64,000 nucleotides of DNA, from positions 64,001 to 128,000 of the forward strand of contig JANVYQ010000004.1 of the NCBI GenBank assembly GCA_030059675.1. Direction: 5' to 3'. The notes under the pieces were generated by a model that was not told the origin of the DNA, searched no databases, and saw nothing but the letters and a program-made list of their open reading frames with translations. A program made the translations under genes and the position numbers. This DNA comes from Candidatus Pelearchaeum maunauluense (GTDB lineage Archaea; Thermoproteota; Nitrososphaeria_A; Caldarchaeales; Caldarchaeaceae). This document shows, piece after piece, positions 48,429 to 59,199 of the stretch. The first letter of the stretch is position 1. The number at the start of each line of letters is the position of its first letter.

Positions 48429-51400
48429 TTAGGCCTGTTTTATGCTTATTTCTTCGGTCTGGGCTCTGAGCTGCTCAAGCACTTCTTGGTAGTCTTTCTC
48501 TCCTGCTTCTATCCTGTCCATCAGCTCTTCAAGTCTTCGTGTCGTCTCTTCGGATACGTACTTGCCGTAGTTTTCCTCAAGGTATTGGTAGATTGTTCTT
48601 CCTTTCTTGGTTGGTATTATGCGGCCGCGGTTAGCGAAGACATAGCCGCGTTCAAAGAGCACTCGTACTATCTTGCTGTATGTGCTTGGCCTGCCTATTC
48701 CCCTCTCCCGCATGAGCGTTATTATGTCTCCCTCGGTGTAGGGCCAGGCTGCTGGGACAGTCTTGACGCTGAAATCAACAACCCTATACCTGCCCTCCTC
48801 AACCCTCTTGGATACACTTATGGTTGGGAACACCTTGTTGAATCCTGGATGCAGCACCTCTACGACAGCATCAACCTCAAGCTCGTACGTGCTGAGTCTT
48901 GCCTTGTATTTCTGGCCTGCCACTACCGCGGCCTCCATCTGACTAGCTATAAACCTCCTGAATATCAGGTCATACAGCCTGAGATGCCTCTCTGTTATCG
49001 CCACAGTAGGCTTGATTATCCCAATCTGTATATACTGCTGGAGCTTATTCCTATCCAAGGGCCTTACAGGCCTTATACATTCGTGAGCGCCCTCACGGGC
49101 ATAGGTGCGTGCTATGAACTCGCCCAGCTTATTCGTCTGGATATACTCACGTGCTATATTCAAGCCTACGCTTGACACCGTTGTGGCGTCTGTCCTATGA
49201 TATGTTATGAAACCGCTCTCAAAGAGCTCCTGCGCTATCTGCATAGTTGTATCAACCGAGAAGCGTAGATAAGCAAACGCATCGCGTAGGAGTGTTGCCG
49301 TAATATATGGTGGATATGGATTGAGCTCGCGCACTTCCTCATGGACATCAGTAACCTCAACAAAAAGCGCTTCCTTATCCAAGTCTTGAGCCTCGGTTGG
49401 GTTTTCAAAGGATAGCTCCAACCCATTCTCCAAGACCGTTCTCAGTATTGTCTTCCGTTTTTTGGCCTCCTCCATGCGCTTAACTATCCACCCCAGAACT
49501 GGTGTCTGGACCCTCCCCGCCGAGTGGCCGCGAGAGCCGAACCTCTCCCAGAGCCGTCTACTAAGCTCAAAGCCAAGCCAGCGGTCTTCTATTCTCCTGA
49601 CAAGCTGAGCCGCCACCAAGTTATCCGAGACCTTACGCTTCTCAGAAAGCGCGCGCAGCAGGGCTTTCCGCGTAACCTCGTGAAACTCCAGCCGGTATAT
49701 GTTGGGGTTATAGGGCTGTAGGGCTGATGTTATGTCATACGCTATCTTCTCCCCCTCCGCATCTGGGTCGGTGGCTACGTAAACCTCATTAACAGAGAGG
49801 GCAGCCTTACGCAGAGCCTCTATTATATCCTGCTTAGAGAAGACATCTCTACTACCGCATGAGGGGCAGCTGTCCTCCTCCACGAATTGATACCCGCATC
49901 TTCTACATCTCTTGATGGGTGAGAAGACGGGTAAGAATCTTCCATCATCTATCAAGACGCCGTAGAAGCCTGGGGATATTGCGAGGTCTGTTACATGCCC
50001 CATGGTCGCTGCTATCTGGAGAACCACCCCACCGCTGCTCGTTGTATAGAGCGTTAAATCCCCCACACGACGCTTATACGGCTTACCGAAGAACTTGGCA
50101 AACGTCTTAGCTTTAGTAGGCGACTCAACTATCATCAAGGCTTCACGCGCTATGCTCGTCCGCGGAATTGTTATCTGGCCAGCCCTTATCTGGGCTATAA
50201 CCTCCCTCTCGCGGTCAACCTCGCCGAATTGGCGTCTGGCCTCCTCCACCGTGTATTCAATCCAGTCAAAGTCCTCCAAGACGAGCTTCAGACGGCGCGT
50301 TAAGCCCGTGAAGGTCTTCTCATCATCAACCAGTAATATGCTCACGCCGCGGCTAACTCCCGCAGCGTAGAGGCGGGATGTTCTTCCAGAGGCTTGCAAA
50401 TAGCCGTAGGTGTCTGGTATGATTATGTAAAACGAGTCGTCGCGTACGCGTATGGTTATGTCGGATGATTCCTCAACCCTCTCAAGAAAATCTGGAGTCA
50501 GCAAACCCTGTATAAACTCTGTCGCTTGTTTAACTATCCGAACCAAGTAGCCCAGCTGGCCGCCTGGTGTTTTCCCAGACTGGAGAGCCTCCCTAACCCT
50601 ATCCACAGAATCTCTACGCATGGGGACAATCCTTCTCAAGCTCTGAAGTATCTGCAGCGCCCTTGGCTTGACATCTTCATCTATTATGTCAATGACGTTG
50701 CTTAATAGAGCGAATAGCTTATTCGGGTTTGTTTCGTCTTTCTCCATTTTGACCTCTCTGCGCGGGACTCCGACGAAGATGGCGTATCTGACTGTTTCTG
50801 GCAGGTCTATCCCGCGTGCGAATGGGCTGCGGCCAGAAGATAGGCCGACTAGCGCGTCAAACTCGCCGGCCTTAAACCGATCAAGTATGCCCTCCTCCAT
50901 AGTCTCGTAGAAGTAAGCCCTTATCCCCTTCTCAACAAGCTTCTCTGTCAGACGTCGTGCAAAGCTCTTACCCCGCGCAACTGGTGTGTATACAAGCGCC
51001 CCCTTCCCATGCTCCTTTAGGAGCTCAACAGTACGCGAGAGGAGCTTCTCTTCCCGCAGATAAAAATCAGCTATGTTTCTGACGAATTTAGGACTGGTGC
51101 CAGGCTCGAAGTCAAGGAGCTCTGAGAAAATCAATACGCGACGCGTGGTTTTTGGTCTTAGTGTTGCACCAGCCACTATGAGCCTACCGTGCTTCTCCTT
51201 CTTAAGCCGCTCAATATAGCTACTCAACATATCATACTCATGTTCAAGCTTCCTATCATCTACATAGCTCAGACGCCGCCTAAGCTCTATAAGCCTCAAA
51301 GCCTTATCTACAACATCTGGCTCAAATCCCAAAACCATAACAACCCTATCAATATTCTTAGGGGACTTGAGGAACGAATCCACATCATCTACAAAGACGT

Positions 51401-52037
51401 AGTCAAAAGACTTGTTTTTGAGAAGTTCAAATTTATCAATCAAAAATCTGTCAGTGGTTATTAGGAGCTTGTAGTTGTCTTCTTCTATCTTTTTGAGCAT
51501 CTGATTCTTCTCTTTTCTCTTCATTCCCGTGTGGTAGAACGCTATATCATCGCCGCGTAGCCCCATGCGCTCTGCGAATTCTAGGCATTTGGAGGATACT
51601 TGGTCGACTAGTATGCTGTTGGGGAGTATGATGTAGCATTTGCTTTTCTTATGTTTTATGAGGTAGAGCGCCATGATTGCGCAGAAGACGGTCTTCCCCA
51701 CACCCGTTGGTGCTACTATGGCAATGTTCTCATCCAGCAGGACGCGGCGCGCCCATACTTCTTGGAGAGACCATGGCTCGTAGCCTAGAGCCCGCCAGAA
51801 CTCATGCCTAAACTCGCCTAGCCTCTTTTCAAGCTCAGCCACTATCGCGTATCTCTGGAGCTTCCCCCTCTCCTCCAACGCGCGCATTATCGCTTCTGGA
51901 GTAGCTGGTTCGGGAAGTACGCTAAGACACGCGCTACAGACTCCACCCCTAGCTAGACGCTCTGCCTCAATTCTCCCGCCACAATTGGGACATAGCTCAT
52001 CCAGTAATAGCATAACTTTCTCCTTGCTTATCGTCAT
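48429..52037 (-). CDS. rgy: Reverse gyrase
   Basis: Zn finger, APTGVGKT, DDVD, IVESPTKA, SAGRVQTP, TYHRTD. Confidence 0.97.
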   Translation of the reverse strand: MTISKEKVMLLLDELCPNCGGRIEAERLARGGVCSACLSVLPEPATPEAIMRALEERGKLQRYAIVAELEKRLGEFRHEFWRALGYEPWSLQEVWARRVLLDENIAIVAPTGVGKTVFCAIMALYLIKHKKSKCYIILPNSILVDQVSSKCLEFAERMGLRGDDIAFYHTGMKRKEKNQMLKKIEEDNYKLLITTDRFLIDKFELLKNKSFDYVFVDDVDSFLKSPKNIDRVVMVLGFEPDVVDKALRLIELRRRLSYVDDRKLEHEYDMLSSYIERLKKEKHGRLIVAGATLRPKTTRRVLIFSELLDFEPGTSPKFVRNIADFYLREEKLLSRTVELLKEHGKGALVYTPVARGKSFARRLTEKLVEKGIRAYFYETMEEGILDRFKAGEFDALVGLSSGRSPFARGIDLPETVRYAIFVGVPRREVKMEKDETNPNKLFALLSNVIDIIDEDVKPRALQILQSLRRIVPMRRDSVDRVREALQSGKTPGGQLGYLVRIVKQATEFIQGLLTPDFLERVEESSDITIRVRDDSFYIIIPDTYGYLQASGRTSRLYAAGVSRGVSILLVDDEKTFTGLTRRLKLVLEDFDWIEYTVEEARRQFGEVDREREVIAQIRAGQITIPRTSIAREALMIVESPTKAKTFAKFFGKPYKRRVGDLTLYTTSSGGVVLQIAATMGHVTDLAISPGFYGVLIDDGRFLPVFSPIKRCRRCGYQFVEEDSCPSCGSRDVFSKQDIIEALRKAALSVNEVYVATDPDAEGEKIAYDITSALQPYNPNIYRLEFHEVTRKALLRALSEKRKVSDNLVAAQLVRRIEDRWLGFELSRRLWERFGSRGHSAGRVQTPVLGWIVKRMEEAKKRKTILRTVLENGLELSFENPTEAQDLDKEALFVEVTDVHEEVRELNPYPPYITATLLRDAFAYLRFSVDTTMQIAQELFESGFITYHRTDATTVSSVGLNIAREYIQTNKLGEFIARTYAREGAHECIRPVRPLDRNKLQQYIQIGIIKPTVAITERHLRLYDLIFRRFIASQMEAAVVAGQKYKARLSTYELEVDAVVEVLHPGFNKVFPTISVSKRVEEGRYRVVDFSVKTVPAAWPYTEGDIITLMRERGIGRPSTYSKIVRVLFERGYVFANRGRIIPTKKGRTIYQYLEENYGKYVSEETTRRLEELMDRIEAGEKDYQEVLEQLRAQTEEISIKQA

Positions 52038-52250
52038 CCATCAAAAACACATAATAAACATTCATGAGAAATGTAGTCGTTGGTTGTGGAGTGTGTCTGT
52101 TCTTTGTCAAGTATGTGCGGCAACTATTTACTTAACAGCATTTTATTTAGTCATTTAGACAATAAGAAAACCTGAAGCATGTTATTATGCCATACATGAT
52201 TTGGTCGGGCAGTATGAATGCTTATATTTCACGCAAGTTTTCGTTAGGGT

Positions 52251-53231
52251 ATGCTGAAACCGCCGATACAAGAGCTACAGACATATTACAAGACTATACG
52301 CACGCGCAGGATGCAGCTTATACTAAAAGTGCAGGCAACAACCTTCAGGGGAATACGCGACTACCTAGATAATAACGGCTTCACAGAGCTACTCCCACCA
52401 ATCATAGGCCCTGTAACCGACCCTGGAATACGGGGTGCTAAGCAGGTTACGATAGATTATTATGGGAAGGAGTATAAGGTGATGAGTAGCGCTATCCTGT
52501 ATAAACAGATGGCCGCAGCCTCACTCAATAAGATTTACTTCTTCTCACCCAACGTTAGGCTTGAGCCGCTGGAGACGGCTACCACGGGAAGACATTTGGT
52601 TGAGTTTGTCCAGGTGGATATAGAGGAGGCCAACATAACATATGAGGATGCTATGCGGACTGCGGAAAACCTTGTGGCGCATATAATCTCGTATGTCGTT
52701 GATGAGGCAGCTCCATATTTCGAGGAGCTGGGCAGAACTCTAAGAAAATTCAAGCCACCATTCAAGAAAATAACCCACAAAGAAGCTGTCGAGCTGCTAC
52801 GCTCAAAGGGTGAAAAGGTAAGCTACTACACCGAGATACCCTGGGAGCAGGAGGAGAAGCTATCACGCATGTTTGACGAGCCCTTCTTCATAATAGACTA
52901 TCCAAAGGGCGCGCGTGGTTTCTACGACATGGAGGACGACTCAAGGCCTGGCATTCTGCGTGATTTTGACATGCTTTATCCTGAGGGGTATGGTGAGGCA
53001 ATCTCGGGAGCTGAGCGGGAGTATCGTTATGAGAAAGTCATAGCTAGGATGCGTGAGAGTGGTGAAGACCCAGCGAAGTATGGCTGGTATCTTGACATGC
53101 TCCGTGAGGGAATACCTCCGACAGCGGGTTTCGGGATAGGTGTTGAGCGACTCACCAGATACCTATGCGGCCTATCAGCGGTATGGGAAGCGCGCCCGTA
53201 TCCAAAGATAGCGGGAGTATATTCCCCCTAA
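52251..53231 (+). CDS. Archaeal asparagine synthetase A (AspRS/AsnRS paralog without anticodon domain)
   Basis: TDPGIRG, SPNVRLE, GFGIGVER; 326 aa. Confidence 0.9.
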   Translation: MLKPPIQELQTYYKTIRTRRMQLILKVQATTFRGIRDYLDNNGFTELLPPIIGPVTDPGIRGAKQVTIDYYGKEYKVMSSAILYKQMAAASLNKIYFFSPNVRLEPLETATTGRHLVEFVQVDIEEANITYEDAMRTAENLVAHIISYVVDEAAPYFEELGRTLRKFKPPFKKITHKEAVELLRSKGEKVSYYTEIPWEQEEKLSRMFDEPFFIIDYPKGARGFYDMEDDSRPGILRDFDMLYPEGYGEAISGAEREYRYEKVIARMRESGEDPAKYGWYLDMLREGIPPTAGFGIGVERLTRYLCGLSAVWEARPYPKIAGVYSP

Positions 53232-53247
53232 CCAACTCCTCTAATAG

Positions 53248-54627
53248 GTGTCCAATCTTTTGTCCTCCACCCTACTAAAGATATTCTTCAAGCTCTTTAG
53301 AGGTTCTGAGAAGATAGCAGCGGCCAGAGGCTTCATAGAGGCATACCCTGTTGATGAGATTACTCAGAAGGCGCGGAGAGGCAAGGAGGCGGTCTTCCCG
53401 TTTGGCGAGAAGGAAGAATTCGGCAAAGCGCTTCTGGGAGCACCCATCTTCGAGCAAGCTCCCCTAAGGTATGATACACTAAGTAAAGTATTGCTGGTTC
53501 CGCCGCTCTTCACACCTCTACGCCTGAAGAAGATGCAGGAAATACTGCGTGAACCTGTATTTACCGACGTAGATACACGCGTGGAAGTGGGAGGCTTCAG
53601 CTCGTCTATGCCAGTCTGCATAGCCTCTATGGGCTCAACCGATGTCTTCAACAAGGTGTCACTACAGGTTGCTAAGGCTGCCGCCGAAGCTGGAATACCC
53701 ATGGGCGTCGGTGAGAACGTGGCAACGGTCTGGGGATATGCTCAACGCCGCAGAGCCTCGCAGCCATGCTTCAAAGAGAGGGTAATGACATACTTACAGC
53801 ACGCAGAAGAGGGGAAGGGGGGAGTATTCATACAGCAGAGCGTGGAGGACGCGTATGACGAGCTGTGGAACAAGGTTTACTCAGACCCAGACATCACACC
53901 GTATATAGAGAAAGGGCAGGTGGCGTTTGAGATAAAGCTGGGCCAGGGAGCCAAGCCGGGAATAGGCGGGGAGACCTTCGTATCACGCGACATAGCTCTT
54001 AAGATACGTGATAAATACCATTTTGACGACGACCCAGCTACCGTTGTGAAGCAGGTTTATAGTAGGCACTCCGCTCCTGGAACGTTCACGGCAGACATAC
54101 TCCGTAGCATGCTTCGCCTGATGAAGAATAACTATCCGCGATGCAGGATTTGGGTTAAGGCGGGGCCTTATCGGGATGTTGAGGAGGTTGCGCAGATTGT
54201 CCATGAGCAGGAGGCGGAGGCTATGTGGATTGATGGGAAAGAGGGGGGAACTGGGATGAGTCCAGTCATAGCGTTGAAAGACCTTGGATTGCCTACGCTG
54301 GCCTGCCTCCAGAAGATAAAGAGGATGCGTGAGCGTGGTTTGCAGCTTGATACGATAGTCTCTGGCAGGATAATTAATGGTGGTGATGTGGTGAAATCAC
54401 TATGCATGGGGGCCAGCGCTGCGGGTATGGGAAGACCTATAGTGGTAGCAGCCTACGCCGCTGGGGAAGAAGGGGTTAGACGATTCCTAGAAGCTCTCAA
54501 GATGGAGATGCAGCTCCTCATCTCTGCGCTGGGCAAATACTCAATAAAGGAGCTGGGAGACGAAGACCTGAGAGCCGCGACACCAGAGCTAGCTAGAAGT
54601 CTAGGAATAAAGAGTGTGTATGACTAG
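53248..54627 (+). CDS. FMN-binding glutamate synthase family protein
   Basis: EIKLGQGAKPGIGG; DGKEGGTG. Confidence 0.85.
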   Translation: MSNLLSSTLLKIFFKLFRGSEKIAAARGFIEAYPVDEITQKARRGKEAVFPFGEKEEFGKALLGAPIFEQAPLRYDTLSKVLLVPPLFTPLRLKKMQEILREPVFTDVDTRVEVGGFSSSMPVCIASMGSTDVFNKVSLQVAKAAAEAGIPMGVGENVATVWGYAQRRRASQPCFKERVMTYLQHAEEGKGGVFIQQSVEDAYDELWNKVYSDPDITPYIEKGQVAFEIKLGQGAKPGIGGETFVSRDIALKIRDKYHFDDDPATVVKQVYSRHSAPGTFTADILRSMLRLMKNNYPRCRIWVKAGPYRDVEEVAQIVHEQEAEAMWIDGKEGGTGMSPVIALKDLGLPTLACLQKIKRMRERGLQLDTIVSGRIINGGDVVKSLCMGASAAGMGRPIVVAAYAAGEEGVRRFLEALKMEMQLLISALGKYSIKELGDEDLRAATPELARSLGIKSVYD

Positions 54628-55085
54628 CTCCTCATCTTGGCTAGGTTGATAATCATATTATAATCATCGTCGTTCAGCTCTCTTATGCTTCCGCGGAAAG
54701 CGCTGGGCCAGCGTTGCTTATTCTTTATGAACGAGAGCTGTTCTAACAGCTCCTCGGCTGGTAAGGACTTCTGCCAAATCTCAGCATCCTCCAGCTCTAT
54801 GGAGTAGTCAAAGTTCTCGGAGGGCTTGCCAACTATGTTAAACTTCTGCGCAGGCGTTATCGGGTGCGCTTTGCTCGCTATCCTAGCATGGCCAGCGAAT
54901 AGTCGGCCCTCACTACTGGAAACGCAGAAAATAACATTATCACCAGGCTGTAGTCTCTTGATGTTCCGAGCTCTGCTATTGAGAGACCAGAAGCGATGCT
55001 CAACACTATTACGCAAAATATCCCACGCGGGAATCCTAATCCCGCCATGAATATGGTCCTTAACTATGAAGAGCCAGTTAGCCAT
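54624..55085 (-). CDS. EVE-domain protein
   Basis: NWLF, LQPGD, LSFIKNKQRW, DDY. Confidence 0.8.
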   Translation of the reverse strand: MANWLFIVKDHIHGGIRIPAWDILRNSVEHRFWSLNSRARNIKRLQPGDNVIFCVSSSEGRLFAGHARIASKAHPITPAQKFNIVGKPSENFDYSIELEDAEIWQKSLPAEELLEQLSFIKNKQRWPSAFRGSIRELNDDDYNMIINLAKMRS

Positions 55086-55191
55086 AACACACTCTCAAGC
55101 TATTGATAACGCAGAAGGGATATATCGTTTAATTCATTGTTTGGGGCTTTGATAAACTTAGCCTCAGCGGCGTGTTTATATGTGGTGTTGT

Positions 55192-57009
55192 TTATAGAAC
55201 CGTAACAGATTTTGCCAGGTTTCTGGGCTTGTCGGGGTCGTAGCCCTTCAGAACAGCAAGGTGGTATGCTAGGAATTGGAATGGTATAGAGTATATTATG
55301 GGTGATAGTAGTGGGTTTATGTCGGGCATCCCCACGAAGTAGTCTGAGAGCTCTCTCACGTCATCGTCATCCTCGCTTGCCACAGAAATAATACGAGCCC
55401 CTCTAGCTTTCATCTCCATTATATTACCTATGTTCTGCTTTCTGCTCTCATCTCTGGGGACTATGAAGAATACTGGGTAATTCTTCTCTATGACGCTTAT
55501 AGGGCCATGCTTGCTCTCTCCAGCGGGGTATGCTATGCTGGGTATGTAGGAGAGCTCCATAACCTTGAGCCGCGCTTCTAGGGCTGTGCTGTAGCTTATC
55601 CCCCTTCCAAGGAAGAAGAATGACGAGCTATTCATAAGGTTTTCCGCTATCTCCCTCATCTGCCTATCCGTTGAACTCACCACCTTCTCGGCTATCGTTG
55701 GTATGGAGTGGAGCGTCTCGTAAAGCTCGTCCATCTCGTACTGGGCTAACTTACCTTTCAGGCGCGCGAGGCGTAGAGCTAGCTGGGCCAGCACCAATAC
55801 CTGCGATGTGAATGTCTTGGTCGCCGCCACACCTATCTCTGGACCAGAGTTCTGTACTATGTATGCGCGTGATATTCTGGTAAGCGTTGAGCCTACAGTG
55901 TTCGTGATTCCGAGTATCGTGGCAGCTCTCAGGCGTGCATACTCAAGAGCGTTGAGAACGTCAGCCGTCTCCCCCGACTGGCTCACGGCGAGTATCACAG
56001 TATCAGCGCTTATCGAGCTTCCATAATTGTCGATGAACTCGGAAGCTATTATAGGGTAGGTTGATGTTCTGGCTATCTTGGAGAATATGTAGGAACCAGC
56101 TATGCATGCGTTATATGATGTTCCAGCGCCGAGAAGGAAGATGTCTTTGCCCCTGTCTATGAGCTCTGCGAGCAGGTCTACGTAAATCTGCTGTAGGTGG
56201 AGGACGTTTCTCAGGGCGTTTGGTTGCTCGTAAATCTCTTTCAGCATGTAGTGCTCGTATTCCCCTTTCTTGGACATGCTGACAGCCCAGGGGATTAACG
56301 TGGGTGAGCGGTTCACCTCTGAGCGTGTGCCCAGCTTTATTATCCTATAACCATCGCGCCTTATTATCGCAGCCTCCCCATTATGTAGGAAGACAGCTTT
56401 CTGGGTGTATTCTAGGAAGGCGTTGGCGTCTGAGGATACTAGGTTAAACCCTCCCCCAACCCCTATTGCCAGCGGCGCCTCATTACGTGCTACATATATC
56501 GCTTCTGGGTTGCCTGCTATTATCATGGCAACGGCATAAGAGCCGCGTAGCCTTGATATGGCGTCCAAAAACGCTGTATCAGGCTCTGCGCCGCGCTTGA
56601 TGTTCTCCTCAACCAAGTGGGCGATAACCTCCGTGTCGGTCTTTGAGATTAGGCTGTGGTCTAGGTCTAGAAGCTCGCGCCTCAGCTCTATGAAGTTCTC
56701 TATAACCCCATTATGGACAACGGCTATCGTCTCTGTGCAGTCTGTGTGTGGGTGAGCGTTTATCTTGGATGGCGCGCCATGCGTCGCCCATCTAGTATGG
56801 CCTATGCCCACATTGCCAGGTAGGTCGTCCAGATTTAAGCGCCTGTGTATCTCCTCAATCTTCCCCTGGTCCTTCTTAACATAGAGCCTCCCTTTGAATA
56901 GCGTCGCAACCCCAGCCGAGTCGTAGCCCCTATACTCCAGCCGCGTCAGCGCTTTATGAAGAATCGGCGCAGCGTCCTCAGGACCTATGTACCCGACGAT
57001 TCCGCACAT
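55192..57009 (-). CDS. glmS: Glutamine-fructose-6-phosphate transaminase
   Basis: MCGIVG, GHTRWATHG, SQSGETAD, PRNLAKSVT. Confidence 0.97.
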   Translation of the reverse strand: MCGIVGYIGPEDAAPILHKALTRLEYRGYDSAGVATLFKGRLYVKKDQGKIEEIHRRLNLDDLPGNVGIGHTRWATHGAPSKINAHPHTDCTETIAVVHNGVIENFIELRRELLDLDHSLISKTDTEVIAHLVEENIKRGAEPDTAFLDAISRLRGSYAVAMIIAGNPEAIYVARNEAPLAIGVGGGFNLVSSDANAFLEYTQKAVFLHNGEAAIIRRDGYRIIKLGTRSEVNRSPTLIPWAVSMSKKGEYEHYMLKEIYEQPNALRNVLHLQQIYVDLLAELIDRGKDIFLLGAGTSYNACIAGSYIFSKIARTSTYPIIASEFIDNYGSSISADTVILAVSQSGETADVLNALEYARLRAATILGITNTVGSTLTRISRAYIVQNSGPEIGVAATKTFTSQVLVLAQLALRLARLKGKLAQYEMDELYETLHSIPTIAEKVVSSTDRQMREIAENLMNSSSFFFLGRGISYSTALEARLKVMELSYIPSIAYPAGESKHGPISVIEKNYPVFFIVPRDESRKQNIGNIMEMKARGARIISVASEDDDDVRELSDYFVGMPDINPLLSPIIYSIPFQFLAYHLAVLKGYDPDKPRNLAKSVTVL

Positions 57010-57074
57010 TCCTACGCCCCCTTGGCGGCGGCTTGTTGGTGGTTCTTAAATATGGGCAATCACATTATTTTACC

Positions 57075-57093
57075 GGTCAAATATTATTTGACC
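57075..57093. promoter_or_regulatory. Palindromic candidate operator between glmS and the HTH regulator
   Basis: GGTCAAAT-ATT-ATTTGACC, perfect 8-bp arms. Confidence 0.55.
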
Positions 57094-57105
57094 TGGGGAT
57101 GTTAG

Positions 57106-58038
57106 TTGGCTGATAATGCGGAGATAATAGCGCGGGATAGGAAGATAGGGACGTTGCTGGTTAATGACGCGGAGATTATCAGGATATTATCAACCAGGCG
57201 CGGCGCTAGGATAGCTAGGCTGCTCGCTGAGAGGAGTAGCTATCCTGCTGAGATAGCTCAAAAACTAGGTGTGAGCAAGCAGCTGGTCTACCACTATGTA
57301 AGTAAGATGGAGAAGAGCGGCCTTATAAGGCCTGTTGACGGGATGCGTGTTAGGGGAGGGCAGGCCAAGATATACAAGATGAATGTTGATGCTGTTAGTC
57401 TTGTTCTGAACCCGCGGGGGTGGAAGCCCGCCACCGCTAGGCACATACCTGAGAAGCTCGGCTCCTTCCTCTCGCCTATAGTGAGCGGAGGCCGCCTCAA
57501 CGGGCTTGTTGTCGTAGGCTCGCCACACCCACACGGCCCGTTTAGGGCTGTAGCCACAGACGGCCACTATGGATTCCAGCTCGGCCTCTTCATAGGGCAA
57601 TACGCAAAGATAGGCGACGAGTTCGCTGTACGTCTAGATGTTGATGTCAGGGCTGAGAAGCTATACGAGCAGAACATGATACTGCTGGGCGGCCCTGGGA
57701 CGAATATAGTGACATCCATGATGAACCCGCATCTCCCGATTAAGTTTAACGAGAGCAACTATTGGGCTGGTATAGTCTCGCCCACGCAGGTTTATACCTA
57801 CGAGTCATGCGGCTTGATAGCCAAGATACCCAACCCATTCAGGGAGGGTTGTAGTGTTATCGTCTTGGCTGGTCTTAGGGCTGTGGGCACGAAGGCTGCC
57901 ATAATGATGCTCACAACACGCTACGAGGAGTTGTTGAGGGAGTATGATGGGGAAGATAGCTGGGCTGCTGTTGTGATGGGGATAGACCTGGACGGCGATG
58001 GACGTATAGACGAGGTTGAGCTACTAGAGACGACCTAA
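57106..58038 (+). CDS. ArsR-like HTH regulator with C-terminal alpha/beta domain
   Basis: YPAEIAQKLGVSKQLVYH; LLGGPGTN; GTKAA. Confidence 0.8.
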   Translation: MADNAEIIARDRKIGTLLVNDAEIIRILSTRRGARIARLLAERSSYPAEIAQKLGVSKQLVYHYVSKMEKSGLIRPVDGMRVRGGQAKIYKMNVDAVSLVLNPRGWKPATARHIPEKLGSFLSPIVSGGRLNGLVVVGSPHPHGPFRAVATDGHYGFQLGLFIGQYAKIGDEFAVRLDVDVRAEKLYEQNMILLGGPGTNIVTSMMNPHLPIKFNESNYWAGIVSPTQVYTYESCGLIAKIPNPFREGCSVIVLAGLRAVGTKAAIMMLTTRYEELLREYDGEDSWAAVVMGIDLDGDGRIDEVELLETT

Positions 58039-58614
58039 GCGGCGCTCAGCCTTCTCAAGGTCTTCAGGCGTATCTATGTCAAGTAGCTCTTCCTCACCAA
58101 CCTCAATAAGCCCAGCATTATTGATGTGAGCCAGTATCACGCTCTTCGCTCCCGCGTCGCCAGCGAGTTTCATCAGCTCTGGGAAAAGTTTTCGCGAGAA
58201 TATGGCTGGGTTCATCGGCTCACGCCCACGCGAAGCAGCCACAACATCATAACCACCATCTAGAAACATGGCTAAGAGCCGTCTTAGGGTATTTCCCGAT
58301 ACCAGCGGCTGGTCTCCCAAGAGGAGGAGAAGCCCATCAGCCATCGGCTCAGCCCACCTAGCGGCGATTCTTATTGAGGAGGAGAGTCCCTCCCATGGAG
58401 ACTGGTTAACCAGCAGCGCGAAGCCCTCCAAGCTGGTGAAAAACCGTTCATAACCAGGCTTGACCACCAGAGCCTTATATCGTATATCTAGTGGAGACAG
58501 GCTATCTATTACCCAATCAACAACACGTTTCCCACGTAGTTTCTTGAGGAGCTTATCATCTCCAAACCTGGTTGATAAACCAGCCGCTAACACCGCAGCG
58601 GCAATGTTACGCAT
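58024..58614 (-). CDS. MocA/MobA-like nucleotidyltransferase
   Basis: LAAGLSTRFG, LGDQP, GDAGA, DIDTPED. Confidence 0.88.
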   Translation of the reverse strand: MRNIAAAVLAAGLSTRFGDDKLLKKLRGKRVVDWVIDSLSPLDIRYKALVVKPGYERFFTSLEGFALLVNQSPWEGLSSSIRIAARWAEPMADGLLLLLGDQPLVSGNTLRRLLAMFLDGGYDVVAASRGREPMNPAIFSRKLFPELMKLAGDAGAKSVILAHINNAGLIEVGEEELLDIDTPEDLEKAERRLGRL

Positions 58615-58671
58615 GCAAGGGAGTTGTTGGTGTGAGAAATATTTAAGATAAATCGCCTATTGCTTGAGGTT

Positions 58672-59085
58672 ATGCTGGGACATATCTCAAAGACTCAGGA
58701 GCCTGCTACTTGTGTTGTATGTAAGCGCGAAGGAAGGCCTGGGGAGCAGTTTCACTACATAACCGGCCTGGGCGCCGTCTGTATGCGCTGCGGCCTAGAG
58801 CTGGTTGATTGTAGCTCATGTGGTAAGAAGGTTAAGCGAATCACGATTACCGTTTTGAGGGGGAGAGCCTTGTGTCTAACATGCTATAAGGCCGAGCGCG
58901 AGCGTGGCGAGAAGCGTATCCTAAAAGAGGTGGTGGCGGACAGCCTAGAGGCGTTAATGAAGAAAGTTGCGGAATCAACACCAGAGGGCTTTAGGTTCGT
59001 TGGCGTCAGGCTGAAGACAAGCTCAAAAACAACATGGCAAGCCGAGTATGAACGAGAAGATATCTTTGAAATGAGATGCAGCTAG
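58672..59085 (+). CDS. Multi-CxxC Zn-finger protein
   Basis: Four CxxC pairs. Confidence 0.75.
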   Translation: MLGHISKTQEPATCVVCKREGRPGEQFHYITGLGAVCMRCGLELVDCSSCGKKVKRITITVLRGRALCLTCYKAERERGEKRILKEVVADSLEALMKKVAESTPEGFRFVGVRLKTSSKTTWQAEYEREDIFEMRCS

Positions 59086-59199
59086 AGTATATGGCCGTGA
59101 TATCTACGCTGGTATTTCCATAAGATTATGAAGCTTATGCTTTGGTTTGAAAGATATTAAATCGGAATCAGCGCAGTAGCGGCGGCGGAGAATTAAGTC

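Noticed and set aside
48141-48469. Short ORFs around tRNA-Arg
   Set aside because: They overlap the tRNA and promoters and have no protein-like features
59095-59150. Possible C/D sRNA before cdvB
   Set aside because: All boxes have multiple mismatches
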